Assembly (NCBI GenBank): GCA_963816145.1 | Contig: CAWFJP010000002.1 | Span: forward strand, 224,001-288,000 | Length of the DNA stretch: 64,000 bases | From: an uncultured delta proteobacterium | GTDB taxonomy: Bacteria > Desulfobacterota > Binatia > UBA9968 | Direction of reading: 5' to 3' | Shown here: positions 18,316 through 28,449 of the stretch, one piece after another | Position numbering within the stretch: position 1 is the stretch's first letter | Layout of the letters: every line of letters begins with the position of its first letter | Translations under genes and position numbers: made by a program | The notes under the pieces: generated by a model | The model's database searches: none | The model's input: only the letters and a program-made list of their open reading frames with translations | What the model was told of the DNA's origin: nothing

Positions 18316-20373
18316 ATGGCTACATTTTCGGCGAAACCGGTTAGCAACTTACTGCGGGCGAAGTCGGTGGCGATCATTGGTGCGTCACAAAAAGGCGCTT
18401 GGCCCCAGGGGATCTATCGTAATCTGAAAGGCGCTAAATTCCCTGGCGGTGTATATCTGATCAATCCCAATTACCAAGAGCTTTACGGTGACAAGTGCTA
18501 TCCCAACCTCGCTGCGTGTCCGGAAGTTCCGGATGAATTGCTGATCCTGATTCCTACCCGGGCTGTGCTTGGCGTTTTGGAAGAAGCGGCCAAGCTCGGC
18601 ACTCGCTCCGCGACGATCTACACTGCGGGATTCGGTGAAGGCGATGATGCCAAGGGCAAAGAGCGGGCGCAGCAGATGCGCGATTTGTGCGACAAGACCG
18701 GTATGGTGATCTGCGGTCCCAATTGCATGGGATCGTACTCCGTCGGCGAAGGCTTGTGGACGTTCCCAACCGCGACGCCGCTGCTCAAGAAAGGTCCGGT
18801 GGGTTTGATTTTTCAGAGCGGCGGTTCGCTCGGTAACTGGATCAAAGGCGCGACGGAGCGCGGCATCGGCTTCAGCTATGCGATCTCCAGCGGCAATGAA
18901 GTGAGTTTGGATTTGGTCGATTACCTTTCCTTCTTAATCGATGATCCGGACACCAAAGTGATCACACTGATGGTCGAGGGCATTCGCCGGCCCGGCGAAT
19001 TCATGTCGGAGGCAGAGAGAGCATTACAAAAAGGCAAGCCGATACTCGCCGTCAAGCTCGGCCGCTCGGAGATGGGCAAGCGCCAGGCGATCTCGCACAC
19101 GGGTTCTCTCGCCGGCGCCGACGAAGTGTTCGACGCCATGTGCAAACGCTTGGGCATCATTCGCTGCCCGACCTTGGAAGACATGACCGAGATTACGCTG
19201 GCGTTCATGTTGGGAAGATTCCCCAAAGGCAGCCGCGCGGCGATCGTCGTCAACTCCGGCGGCATGAAGGGTTTGATCTGCGATCACTGCGATGAGCTGA
19301 ATACCAACCTGGCGCAGCTAAGCGACAAGACCAAAGAAGCGGTGCGGCCGTTGATTCCGCCGGAATTGGCGGTCGAGAATCCGCTCGAATGTGGCGTTGC
19401 CGGCTTCGGCGACGAGGCGGGGTTCATCAACATCGTCAAACTGCACGCCGAAGATCCCGGTGTCGATCTCATGGCGATCCACGGCGAGCTGCCGCGCGGC
19501 CAGACCAGAAACGCCGGCCTCTTCAAGAGTGTTCTCGAAGCGACCGACAAGCCGGTGCTGGCGTTCGGCCGTTCCACCTACAGCTGCACGGACGAGAGCC
19601 GCGCGTTTCAGGAAGAAGCGGGCATGCCGTTCTTGCAGGCGATCAAGCCGACCCTACGGGCGCTGGCGGGCTTGGGGTTGTACGGCGAGCGCAGAATCGC
19701 CGGCGTTCCGGCATTGCCGGTGGCGAATGGCAATCCGGCTGTTCTCGACGGCGACATGTTGGATAAACTGTTGCAGAGCAAAGGCATCGGCCTGCCGAAG
19801 CAAACGCTGGCGGATTCAGCGGCTGATGCGGCGGCGCGGGCGAAGGAGATCGGCTTTCCGGTGGCGCTTAAGTTGATCGCCGCCGATGTCGTTCACAAAA
19901 CCGAATCCGGCGCGGTGGTGCTCGGTTTGAAGAACGCCGATGATGTGCAAGCCGAAGGGCAAAAGCTGTTATCCAAGACTTCCGGCAAAGCGCAGTTGCT
20001 GGTCCAGGAAATGGTCCAAGGCACTGAAGTGCTCATCGGCGCGCGCACCGATCCGCAGTACGGGCCGTTTTTGATGGTCGGTCTCGGCGGCATCTTCGTC
20101 GAAGTCTTGAAGGACGTTTCGATCCGCTTGCTGCCGGTGGACGAAAACGAAGCGCGGGTGATGTTGAAAGAGCTGCGGGGCTATAAGGTTTTGGAAGGCG
20201 TGCGCGGCCAGGGGCCGCGCGATGTCGATGCGCTGGTGAAAGCGATGGTCGGATTGTCGGAAGTTTTCGCGGCGCACAGAAATTCACTGTCGGACATGGA
20301 GATCAATCCGATCATGGTGCGCGCCCAGGGCGGCGGCGCGGCCGCGGTGGATGTGCGGTTGGTTCGGAAATAG
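18316..20373 (+). CDS. NDP-forming acyl-CoA synthetase (acetate-CoA ligase family), fused alpha and beta
   Basis: VAIIGAS, GPNCMG, QSGG, catalytic SHTG, C-terminal ATP-grasp (HKTESG, EINP). Confidence 0.9.
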   Translation: MATFSAKPVSNLLRAKSVAIIGASQKGAWPQGIYRNLKGAKFPGGVYLINPNYQELYGDKCYPNLAACPEVPDELLILIPTRAVLGVLEEAAKLGTRSATIYTAGFGEGDDAKGKERAQQMRDLCDKTGMVICGPNCMGSYSVGEGLWTFPTATPLLKKGPVGLIFQSGGSLGNWIKGATERGIGFSYAISSGNEVSLDLVDYLSFLIDDPDTKVITLMVEGIRRPGEFMSEAERALQKGKPILAVKLGRSEMGKRQAISHTGSLAGADEVFDAMCKRLGIIRCPTLEDMTEITLAFMLGRFPKGSRAAIVVNSGGMKGLICDHCDELNTNLAQLSDKTKEAVRPLIPPELAVENPLECGVAGFGDEAGFINIVKLHAEDPGVDLMAIHGELPRGQTRNAGLFKSVLEATDKPVLAFGRSTYSCTDESRAFQEEAGMPFLQAIKPTLRALAGLGLYGERRIAGVPALPVANGNPAVLDGDMLDKLLQSKGIGLPKQTLADSAADAAARAKEIGFPVALKLIAADVVHKTESGAVVLGLKNADDVQAEGQKLLSKTSGKAQLLVQEMVQGTEVLIGARTDPQYGPFLMVGLGGIFVEVLKDVSIRLLPVDENEARVMLKELRGYKVLEGVRGQGPRDVDALVKAMVGLSEVFAAHRNSLSDMEINPIMVRAQGGGAAAVDVRLVRK

Positions 20374-20459
20374 GAGCAGAGAAAGATTTAACCAAGAAAA
20401 CACGAAAGTTTGGAAATCCTTTAGACCCTCTTTTCGTGCTTTTCGTGGGTGAGCTTCTT

Positions 20460-21440
20460 CTATTTTAGTTTTTTCAAAAACCCTTCGTCGTCGATGGCTT
20501 TGATTAGGCTCGGATCGACCATCGTCGCGGCGTCGTATTTCAACACCTCGGGGCGGGTGCGGCCCATTTCATTCAATATCGTCTTCATGCCTTCGAGCGT
20601 CGGATAGGGCAGGTCGGGAACGGCGCCTTTGACATACGTATAAGCGCTGTCAAGGGTGGTTAGGTCGGTCTTGGCGTATTTTTTCAAGATCGCTAAGGTC
20701 TGCGCTTTGTTGTTCTTGAAAAAATGAATCGACTCGACAGCGGCGCGGCCGAAGCGCAGCATGACATCGCGTCGTTCTTTGAGCAGCTTCTGGCTGCTGA
20801 TCAAGCCGCTGTGCGGGTAGGGTATTTTCTTGCTGGCGAGATCGGCGACGACTTTGAGTCCCATCTTCTCCGCTTCTTCGCGCTCCGTCGAGCCAATAAT
20901 CGTAAAGTCGGCTTGTTTTTGCTGCATCATAATCAGCCGCAGATTGGTCGCGCCGACGACGCGCAGGTTGACGTCCTTGTCCGGGTCGAGACCGATGCTT
21001 TTGAGGCCGAGACGAATCGCGAAATCCGCCGAGGTCGCGGCGGTGTGGTTGGCGCCGATTTTTCCTTTTAACTCTTCGGCCGATTTGATGTTCGGTTGCG
21101 CCACCAAGTAATAGGGCAGGAACACTTCAAAGCCCATGATCATACTGGCATCGGCACCGCGCACTTTGGCGCTGGCCACCGCCGGGCCTGTGCCGGCAAC
21201 GACATGGAGTTCGCCGGCGAACAGCGACATAAGCGCTTTCGGCGTGCCTTCGATGTAAATGACATTGACATCGAGGCCGTGCTTTTTGAAAATGCCGGCG
21301 TCCTTCGCGATCCAAAGAACGGATGATGATCCGGCATTGGGTGATATGTAAGCGAAGTTGAGTTTGTCTTGAGCCAAGGCTGGCCGGGACACGCTGAGCA
21401 CTAATATAGCAACGAGCACGATTTTTATTGTTATTCGCAT
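20460..21440 (-). CDS. ABC substrate-binding protein, NMT1/THI5-like
   Basis: Signal peptide; WIAKDAGIFKKHGL and GLDPDKDV motifs. Confidence 0.85.
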   Translation of the reverse strand: MRITIKIVLVAILVLSVSRPALAQDKLNFAYISPNAGSSSVLWIAKDAGIFKKHGLDVNVIYIEGTPKALMSLFAGELHVVAGTGPAVASAKVRGADASMIMGFEVFLPYYLVAQPNIKSAEELKGKIGANHTAATSADFAIRLGLKSIGLDPDKDVNLRVVGATNLRLIMMQQKQADFTIIGSTEREEAEKMGLKVVADLASKKIPYPHSGLISSQKLLKERRDVMLRFGRAAVESIHFFKNNKAQTLAILKKYAKTDLTTLDSAYTYVKGAVPDLPYPTLEGMKTILNEMGRTRPEVLKYDAATMVDPSLIKAIDDEGFLKKLK

Positions 21441-21500
21441 GGGCGGTTACGTCCTTTCGCGATTGAGTGACGGCACAATAGCGGAAAGCTACGAGCCGCG

Positions 21501-22127
21501 CTACTTGGTGACGAGCCGGTTGGGCAATTCGTCCTTGTCGTCGGCTTGGCGCGGAAAATGAGTCGCCAGGATGTCGCCGCAGCGCCCGATGGCGTTACAG
21601 AAGGCGTCGCAGGCTTGGCCGGATTTGATGCCGGCTGTAATGATGTGCACGACTTCGTCCCAGGTGCCCTGGGCGACTTTCAGATTGATGCCGCGATCGG
21701 CGAGCACTTCGACTCGATGTTCGAGCAGTGAGACCAGGATCAAGATGCCAGTGTGGTCTTTGGTATAGTGCAGCCCTTGCTCGGTGAACGAAGCGAGGCC
21801 AAGGGTGTGGACTGCTTCGGTGATGCGCCGACTCGGCGCCAGCAGTCGCTTCAGATCGGGAATTCTTCCGAGTAAGAAACCTATCAGCGCACCGAATACC
21901 GGCCAAAGTTGGAAGTAGGGCGAGCCCCACGGATCGCTCCAGAACCATTCGATGACCATGCCGGCGAAGAGCCCGGCGATTAGGCCAAGCAGTTCGATTT
22001 CAGTGTAGCGCGCTGCCGACGTAACGATCATCGGCACGATTTCACCGGCGCTTTTGGACTCGGCGTCGACCACCGCCTGACGGATGCGTTCCTTTTCTTG
22101 TTCGGTGAAGAAGGTTTCAGCTTTCAT
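21501..22127 (-). CDS. TPM-domain membrane protein (LemA operon)
   Basis: AESKSAGEIV, TKDHTGILI, EHRVEVLADRGI and DELPN motifs. Confidence 0.82.
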   Translation of the reverse strand: MKAETFFTEQEKERIRQAVVDAESKSAGEIVPMIVTSAARYTEIELLGLIAGLFAGMVIEWFWSDPWGSPYFQLWPVFGALIGFLLGRIPDLKRLLAPSRRITEAVHTLGLASFTEQGLHYTKDHTGILILVSLLEHRVEVLADRGINLKVAQGTWDEVVHIITAGIKSGQACDAFCNAIGRCGDILATHFPRQADDKDELPNRLVTK

Positions 22128-22129
22128 GG

Positions 22130-22910
22130 CTACCAACTATCGGATGAGCCGCCGCCGCCAAATCCGCCGCCACCGCCGCTGAAGGTGTCCGATCCACCAC
22201 CGCCAAATCCGCCGCCTCCCGAAAAGCCACCGCCGCCCCAACCGCCGGGCCCACCGAAAATAGTCGGCCCACGGTGCCGGCCACGCGTGGCCCACATGCC
22301 GCTGCGTTGGCGGTTTGCGTTGGCGGCAAACGCCATTAATCCGAAGACCGCCAGTGTGATGGCGATCATGAGGGGGAAGCTTATGTTGTCGCCGCGGCTT
22401 TGAACTTTTTTGCGCGCCGATTCCGGCAAAGGTTCTTTGCGCAGAATTTTGTCGACGGCAGCGATCCCGGCAACAATGCCGCCGCCGTAATCTTGCTGGC
22501 GGAAGTATGGCACGATGTAGTCGGCGGTGACGCGTTTGGCGATCGCATCAGGCATGACGCCTTCTAATCCGTAGCCCACTTCGAGGCGCAGACGGCGATC
22601 TTTGACGGCGACTAAGAGAATCGCGCCGTTGTCGAAGCCCTTTTTACCGATTTTCCACGACTCGGCGACACGGATACTAAAACCCTTCGAGGTCTTCGCC
22701 GTCCAATGTCGGTATCGTTAGTACGGCAACTTGATGGCCGGTGTCGCGCTCGAGCTGAGCAAGCTGCGCTTCCAAAGCTTGAACTTGATTCGACTGCAGC
22801 ACGTTGGCGTAGTCGTTGACGCGGCCGCGGAGCGGCGGCACATCGAGGGCGACGGCAATCGATGTGTTGGTCAGAAAACAAAACGAAAGCAGAATACAGC
22901 GACACAGCAT
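22130..22910 (-). CDS. TPM-domain (YgcG-like) protein with Gly-rich tail; apparent single-base insertion frameshift near 22680
   Basis: N-part VPPLRGRVNDYA...TLDGEDLEG continues in the shifted frame as FSIRVAESWKIGKKGFDNGAILL...EVGYGLEG and ends GGGGSSDSW. Confidence 0.82.
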
Positions 22911-22996
22911 TACCGCATGGCCGTGTCGCGAATCATGAAGTGAACTCAGAATTGTGTTCAGGCGAGGAACCTGTGATCGGCTCGATGCCACGTCAA

Positions 22997-23596
22997 TTAG
23001 AACTTCACCTGTGGTGGCTTCTGCGCAGCTTCGTCGGCGCTAAAGCTCTCGCGCACTTTCAGGCCAAGTAAATATTGGGCGGTCAGGTTATTCGGAAACG
23101 AACGCACAGCGGAATTATAAGTGGTGACGCTCTCGACATAGCGCTTTCGCGCGACCGCGATGCGGTTTTCCGTGCCTTCGAGCTGAGCCTGCAGGTCGCG
23201 GTAGTTTTGGTTCGCCTTTAGATCGGGGTACTGTTCGGCAACCACCAGCAGTCGCGACAAGGCGCCAGAGAGGTTGCGCTGGGCGTCTTCGAACTTCTTA
23301 AATGTGGCCGGATCGTTGAGCGCTTGGGCGTCGAGTTTGATCGAGGTCGCGGCGCTGCGCGCCTCGATTACTTTCTGTAGAGTCTCTTGCTCGAATTGCG
23401 ACGCGCCCTTGACCGTCGCGACCAGGTTGGGAACGAGGTCGGCGCGCCGCTGGTACTGGTTCTGAACTTCGCCCCAAGCTCCTTTGACTTGCTCGTCTAA
23501 CCCTTGCAGTTCGTTGTAGCCGCAGCCGGAAACAACAAACAGCAACGCCAAGGCGGTGGAAAATGCAGTGATTATCCTGGTGACATGTTTGGTCAT
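22997..23596 (-). CDS. lemA: LemA family protein
   Basis: GCGYN, QYQRRADLVPNLV, YPDLKAN and LEGTENRIAVAR motifs. Confidence 0.92.
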   Translation of the reverse strand: MTKHVTRIITAFSTALALLFVVSGCGYNELQGLDEQVKGAWGEVQNQYQRRADLVPNLVATVKGASQFEQETLQKVIEARSAATSIKLDAQALNDPATFKKFEDAQRNLSGALSRLLVVAEQYPDLKANQNYRDLQAQLEGTENRIAVARKRYVESVTTYNSAVRSFPNNLTAQYLLGLKVRESFSADEAAQKPPQVKF

Positions 23597-23723
23597 CGAT
23601 CGTCTCCTGAGCGGTTTCGATCAAATGTAAGTCGATCGATGCTAAAGGGCAAGGGGAAATTGATACGGGTATGAGATTTCGCCGGCGTTGCGAAGTAGCG
23701 TGAGAACAGCAACTCTAGAAATA

Positions 23724-23753
23724 CAAAGGGCCCGAATTTGATCGGGCCCTTTG
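23724..23753 (-). terminator. intrinsic terminator after the permease gene
   Basis: 12-bp stem CAAAGGGCCCGA/TCGGGCCCTTTG followed by a T-rich tract on the minus strand. Confidence 0.65.
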
Positions 23754-23788
23754 CGGTTTCATATACGGGGATGAAAATTTCTCAGCGC

Positions 23789-24646
23789 TCAATCCATGGC
23801 GCCGACTTTTGGCCGCCACTTATCAAACCGCCTTTCCACCCTACTCAGTACTTCGGTACCCAACATGCCGGTAAGGGCGAAAATCAGGACGCCGACAAAG
23901 ACCTTATCGGTTTGAAAGGTCGCGCCGGCGACGGTGATCATAAAACCAATTCCCGCGGTGGCGGCATAAAGTTCTCCCACCATAACGCCGACAATAGCCC
24001 GCCCGAGCCCTTGCCTCAGGCCACTGAGGATGAACGGGACGGTTGAAGGGAGGACGACAGCCTTGAAGAGCATCCATTCCGACGCATCAAAACTTCTTGC
24101 GGCGTTGAGGAGATTCAGAGGCGTGGTTTTTACGCCGTCGCGCGTGTTGATCATGATCGGGAAGACTGCGCCGAGAAATATAATTCCGACTTTGGAAAGT
24201 ATACCGATGCCCAACCAAATGATGACCAGTGGTAAAAGCGCCACACGCGGGGTCGCGTTCATCGCATTGATGAAGGGGTCAAAAACATAGCTCATTTTTT
24301 TGTACCAGCCGACCATGATGCCGAAGGGAATGGCGAAAGCAGCTGAAAGGAGATAACCGCCGAAAAGCTCGGTGCCGCTGATATACAGGTCGTTGTAGAT
24401 CTCCCCCGTAGAAAATAGCTGCACCCCGGCTTTGAATATGAGCGAAGGCGCGCTCATAAACATGGGATTGATGAGTTGGAAAACGTTGCCGACAAGCTCC
24501 CAGATCGTTAGAAAAATAATCACGGCGCTGCCGCCGAGTATCGCCTTCTCGCGACGCAGATAGAATTTGAAGAGGCGCGAGGCTTCGGCAATCTTTACGT
24601 CGAGCAAAATGTCCTGGGTGGTTTCGTTTTGGTTATCCATGGTCAC
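23789..24646 (-). CDS. ABC permease, TauC/SsuC family
   Basis: PRVALLPLVIIWLGIG, VVLPSTVPFILSGLR and VGELYAATAGIG motifs. Confidence 0.88.
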   Translation of the reverse strand: MTMDNQNETTQDILLDVKIAEASRLFKFYLRREKAILGGSAVIIFLTIWELVGNVFQLINPMFMSAPSLIFKAGVQLFSTGEIYNDLYISGTELFGGYLLSAAFAIPFGIMVGWYKKMSYVFDPFINAMNATPRVALLPLVIIWLGIGILSKVGIIFLGAVFPIMINTRDGVKTTPLNLLNAARSFDASEWMLFKAVVLPSTVPFILSGLRQGLGRAIVGVMVGELYAATAGIGFMITVAGATFQTDKVFVGVLIFALTGMLGTEVLSRVERRFDKWRPKVGAMD

Positions 24647-25134
24647 GATCCTTTCTTGGTTGGCGCGATACTTTTTGCCCGTTGAGCTCTTTGGTTCTCC
24701 GTCGGAAGGCTGGGACTCTGAATGTCGTCGATCAGAGTTTGCAAAATCTTGACAAACTTGGGTCCGGTGGATTGCAGTTCTTGCAGGTGGTGCAGCGAAA
24801 GTTTGTCGAGAAACTCTTCGCCGTCATGGGTTAATTTAACCAAAACTTTTCGCCGGTCGTCGGTTGCTCGCAGGCGGCACAGAAAGCCTCGGTCAGCCAG
24901 CCGATCGATGAGCTCGACCGTGCTGTGATGTTGCAATTGCATGCGTTCCGCCAACACGCCGACCGTTGGTTTCAGGTTGTCGGGCAGGCCTCGCACGGAC
25001 AACAGCAACTGGTGTTGTTGGGGCTCGATGCCGGCTTCGCGGGCGGTGTTCTCGCTGAAACGCAAAAATCGGCGGATCTGATAGCGCAGTTCCGCCATCG
25101 CTTTGAAGTCCGGGGTGTGTTGGATTTCTTTCAT
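24643..25134 (-). CDS. MarR family transcriptional regulator
   Basis: ELRYQIRRFL, QQHQLLL, HHSTVELIDRL and DRRKVLVKLT winged-helix motifs. Confidence 0.9.
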   Translation of the reverse strand: MKEIQHTPDFKAMAELRYQIRRFLRFSENTAREAGIEPQQHQLLLSVRGLPDNLKPTVGVLAERMQLQHHSTVELIDRLADRGFLCRLRATDDRRKVLVKLTHDGEEFLDKLSLHHLQELQSTGPKFVKILQTLIDDIQSPSLPTENQRAQRAKSIAPTKKGS

Positions 25135-25139
25135 AAATA

Positions 25140-25170
25140 TATCGTTAGACGATAGTATCGTTTAGCGATA
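25140..25170. promoter_or_regulatory. two tandem palindromes TATCGT-N3-ACGATA, putative MarR operator
   Basis: TATCGTTAGACGATA (25140-25154, perfect) and TATCGTTTAGCGATA (25156-25170); minus-strand TTGACA at 25195-25190. Confidence 0.7.
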
Positions 25171-25521
25171 TAATATGCCCGCCTTCGCATGTCAAGGCTA
25201 TTGTTGGCCGCAGTTCAATGCCGCGGGGCCGGTCTAGCGTCACAGCGAGTGGATCGCTTCATGCTGATGGTCAAATACCCTCGCTCGGCGGGATCTAACT
25301 TCACTGCCGATTGCCCTGGCCATCGGTCGCGGTTTGGCTGGAATCCTGAAAAAGTGGGGAACCGGGGATAGGTTCCTTGCCCTGTTGCGGATGACGATGA
25401 GCCGTCAACTGTTCGATCGATTGAATACGCGGTTGTTGCTTGAATTGAACAAGCGGCTTTTTGGCCGATTTGTTGACTTTGGTGAGATTTTCCCTTAAAA
25501 CTTACGCTTCGGTAAAAGCCT

Positions 25522-25836
25522 ATGAAATATGCAGTAATTCGAACTGGCGGTAAGCAATACCGCGTCTCTGAAGGCGACGTCGTCAAGATTGAAAAGCTCG
25601 ACGCTGAAGTGGGCGAGAAGATTACCCTGGAAGACGTTCTGTTTGTCGGCAACGACGGCGACGTCAAGATCGGCACTCCGTTGGTGGCCAACGCCAAAGT
25701 CACCGGTGAAATCGTCGATCAAAGCCGCGCCAAGAAGATCATCGTTTTCAAGAAGAAACGGCGCAAAAGCTACAGCCGGCAGCAGGGTCACCGGCAGTAT
25801 CAAACGGCTTTAAAGATCACTTCCATCGAAGCGTAA
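25522..25836 (+). CDS. rplU: 50S ribosomal protein L21
   Basis: [13 protein letters not shown]...GHRQ. Confidence 0.98.
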   Translation: MKYAVIRTGGKQYRVSEGDVVKIEKLDAEVGEKITLEDVLFVGNDGDVKIGTPLVANAKVTGEIVDQSRAKKIIVFKKKRRKSYSRQQGHRQYQTALKITSIEA

Positions 25837-25849
25837 CTCGGGGGCGGAA

Positions 25850-26107
25850 ATGGCACATAAAAAAGCAGGCGGCAGCTCGCGTAATGGGCGCGATAGCAAT
25901 GGGCAGCGGCGGGGCGTCAAGGTGTACGGTGGCGAAACCGTGCGCGCCGGCAATATTCTAGTGCGCCAGTTGGGCACCAAGATTCACCCCGGGACCAATG
26001 TCGGCATGGGGCGCGACTACACGCTGTTCTCGCTCATCGACGGCGTCGTTAAATATGGCCGCTACGACAAAACTCGTAAAAAAGTCGAAGTTGTCCCGGC
26101 GCAGTAA
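25850..26107 (+). CDS. rpmA: 50S ribosomal protein L27
   Basis: [16 protein letters not shown]. Confidence 0.98.
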   Translation: MAHKKAGGSSRNGRDSNGQRRGVKVYGGETVRAGNILVRQLGTKIHPGTNVGMGRDYTLFSLIDGVVKYGRYDKTRKKVEVVPAQ

Positions 26108-26132
26108 TTTTCTCATTGGACTCCGATGAAAG

Positions 26133-26157
26133 AAGCCCCTTTCGGGGCTTTTTTTTT
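26133..26157 (+). terminator. intrinsic terminator after rpmA
   Basis: AAGCCCC-TTTC-GGGGCTT followed by a T run. Confidence 0.85.
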
Positions 26158-26174
26158 GTCCGGATGATGCGAGT

Positions 26175-26280
26175 AGTTGCCAGTCCTCAGTTGCCAGTTT
26201 TCAGCGGATGCTGGCGGTTCGAGGTTATTTCGGTCATGCTGAATTCATTCTGATTACTGATAACTGGCTGCCGAGAACTG
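26175..26280. repeat. inverted array of 7-bp units (AGTTNYC / CTGRNAA)
   Basis: AGTTGCCAGTCCTCAGTTGCCAGTTTTCAG ... CTGATTACTGATAACTGGCTGCCGAGAACTG. Confidence 0.55.
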
Positions 26281-26287
26281 CTTATCA

Positions 26288-27328
26288 ATGAAATTCATCG
26301 ATGAAACCAAGATCCGGGCCAGCGCCGGTGACGGCGGGCCGGGAAGCGTGAGTTTCCACCGTGCGAAATTCGTCCGCCGCGGGCCGGCGGATGGCGGCAA
26401 CGGCGGCCATGGCGGCGATGTGGTTGCGGTGGCGGACCCGCAGCTATCGACCTTGCTCGACCTGCGTTATCGCAAAGAATGGAAAGCGAGCCCGGGCCAG
26501 CGGGGCGGCGACGCCGACTGCGACGGCCGGCGCGGCGAAGATTGCATCATCAAAGTCCCGGTGGGGACCTTGATCCGCGATTCTGTCAGCGGCGAGCTAC
26601 TGGCGGACTTAAAAATTCCTGGCGAGCGGGTGGTGGTCGCTGCCGGCGGGCGTGGCGGCAAGGGTAACGCCCACTTCGCATCTTCGACCAATCGCAGCCC
26701 GCGCTTCTGTCAACCGGGCGAGCCGGGCGTCGAGCGCGAGTTAGAGATCGAGCTGCGGCTGCTCGCGGACGTAGGTATCATCGGCTTGCCCAATGCCGGC
26801 AAGTCGACGCTGATCTCAGTGATCTCGTCGGTGCGGCCGAAAATTGCCGATTATCCGTTTACCACACTGGTGCCGAACTTGGGTGTGGTCAGTTATGGTG
26901 AAGGCAAGAGTTTTGTCGCGGCGGATATTCCCGGACTCATCGAAGGGGCGCATCAAGGCCATGGCTTGGGCGACAAATTTCTCCGCCATATTCTACGCAC
27001 CCGCGTCTTGGTCCATCTACTCGACGCCTCGCAGCTCGATGACAAAGATCCGTTGGCGCAATGGAAGACGATCAACCGCGAGATGGAGCTTTTCGATCCG
27101 GAATTGATCGAAAAACCGCAAATTGTCGTCGCCAACAAAGTCGATTTGCCGGAGGGCCGGGAGTTGGCCAAATTGCTCGGTAAAAAACTACCCAAAGCCT
27201 ATCGTCCCTTGTATGAGATCTCGGCGGCAACCACCGAGGGTGTGCGGCAACTGGTCTATGCGATCGGCCGCAAACTCGACGAAGTGAGGCAACAAAGCGA
27301 GACCGACAGTGACCCAGCTGGAGCATAA
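26288..27328 (+). CDS. obgE: GTPase ObgE/CgtA
   Basis: Gly-rich Obg domain; GLPNAGKST, YPFTTL, DIPGLIEGA and NKVD motifs. Confidence 0.97.
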   Translation: MKFIDETKIRASAGDGGPGSVSFHRAKFVRRGPADGGNGGHGGDVVAVADPQLSTLLDLRYRKEWKASPGQRGGDADCDGRRGEDCIIKVPVGTLIRDSVSGELLADLKIPGERVVVAAGGRGGKGNAHFASSTNRSPRFCQPGEPGVERELEIELRLLADVGIIGLPNAGKSTLISVISSVRPKIADYPFTTLVPNLGVVSYGEGKSFVAADIPGLIEGAHQGHGLGDKFLRHILRTRVLVHLLDASQLDDKDPLAQWKTINREMELFDPELIEKPQIVVANKVDLPEGRELAKLLGKKLPKAYRPLYEISAATTEGVRQLVYAIGRKLDEVRQQSETDSDPAGA

Positions 27329-28442
27329 GAAGCCGATCTTAAAACGAGTGCGCCGCGTGGTGGTGAAGATCGGCAGTCAGATTCTATCATCGCAAGACGG
27401 CATCGAGGAGGCGCGGCTGCGTGGCTTGGTGCGCCAGCTGGCTGAATTGCACGAAGGCAAGCGCCAGGTCGTGGTCGTCAGTTCGGGCGCGGTGGCGGCT
27501 GGAATGACGCAGCTCGGCTGGAAAGAGCGGCCGAAAACGATTCCCGAGAAACAGGCGCTCGCTGCCGTGGGGCAAATTAAATTGATGGCGCTTTATGAGC
27601 GGATCTTTTCCAAGTTCGACAAAAACGTCGCCCAGGTCTTGCTGACCGCCGCCGACCTCGCCAACCGCCAACGTTACATCAACGCTAAACATACTTTTCA
27701 GATGCTCCTGGAATCGTCGATCATTCCGATCGTCAACGAGAACGACACCGTGGCGGTGGAGGAGATGAAGTTCGGCGATAACGATCATCTATCGGCTTTG
27801 GTGGCGACGCTTCTCGAAGCCGACTTGCTGGTGATCCTGAGCGATGTCGAGGGCGTCTACGACAAGGATCCGCGGGCGCATGACGATGCTGAGCTGATTC
27901 CCTTGATCGGCGCAGCGCGCGGTTTGCGCCAGGCGATCGGCGGCGCAAGCGTCAGTGCCGTGGGCACCGGCGGCATCGCCACCAAACTTGGCGCCGCCGA
28001 AGAGGCTGCTGCGGCGGGCATCCCGACAATCATCGCCAACGGTATGCAACCCGACGTGCTGAAGCAAGTCTTCGACGCCAAACAACAGATTGGCACATTG
28101 ATTCTTCCCGAAGAGAAATATCTGCGGCGCAAGAAGCACTGGATCGGTTTTAACCTCAAGCCGGTGGGGACTGTGGTAGTTAACGAAGGGGCTTATCTCG
28201 CGGTCGTCGACAAGGGCAAGAGCCTGCTGCCCGCCGGCGTCGAGAAAGTCGAAGGATCGTTCGGTGTCGGAGATTGCGTTCGCGTCGATTTTCACGGCAA
28301 GGAGTTCGCCCGCGGCTTGGTCAATTACGACAAATCGGAGTTGAATCGGATCAAAGGATTGCATACAAGCAAGATTGAAAAAGTTCTAGGTTATAAAGCC
28401 CATGACGAGGTCATTCACCGCGACGATCTGGTGATATTGTGA
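27309..28442 (+). CDS. proB: glutamate 5-kinase
   Basis: VVKIGS, SSGAVAAG, NENDTV and FGDND motifs; C-terminal PUA domain. Confidence 0.96.
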   Translation: MTQLEHKKPILKRVRRVVVKIGSQILSSQDGIEEARLRGLVRQLAELHEGKRQVVVVSSGAVAAGMTQLGWKERPKTIPEKQALAAVGQIKLMALYERIFSKFDKNVAQVLLTAADLANRQRYINAKHTFQMLLESSIIPIVNENDTVAVEEMKFGDNDHLSALVATLLEADLLVILSDVEGVYDKDPRAHDDAELIPLIGAARGLRQAIGGASVSAVGTGGIATKLGAAEEAAAAGIPTIIANGMQPDVLKQVFDAKQQIGTLILPEEKYLRRKKHWIGFNLKPVGTVVVNEGAYLAVVDKGKSLLPAGVEKVEGSFGVGDCVRVDFHGKEFARGLVNYDKSELNRIKGLHTSKIEKVLGYKAHDEVIHRDDLVIL

Positions 28443-28449
28443 AACGCCA

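Noticed and set aside
22670-22690. Programmed frameshift or phase variation at the three frameshift sites
   Set aside because: No canonical slippery heptamer or long homopolymer is shared, and the genes are unrelated; sequencing error is simpler
25215-25500. Possible gene or ncRNA between marR and rplU
   Set aside because: The ORF is largely antisense to rplU, and I recognised no RNA motif
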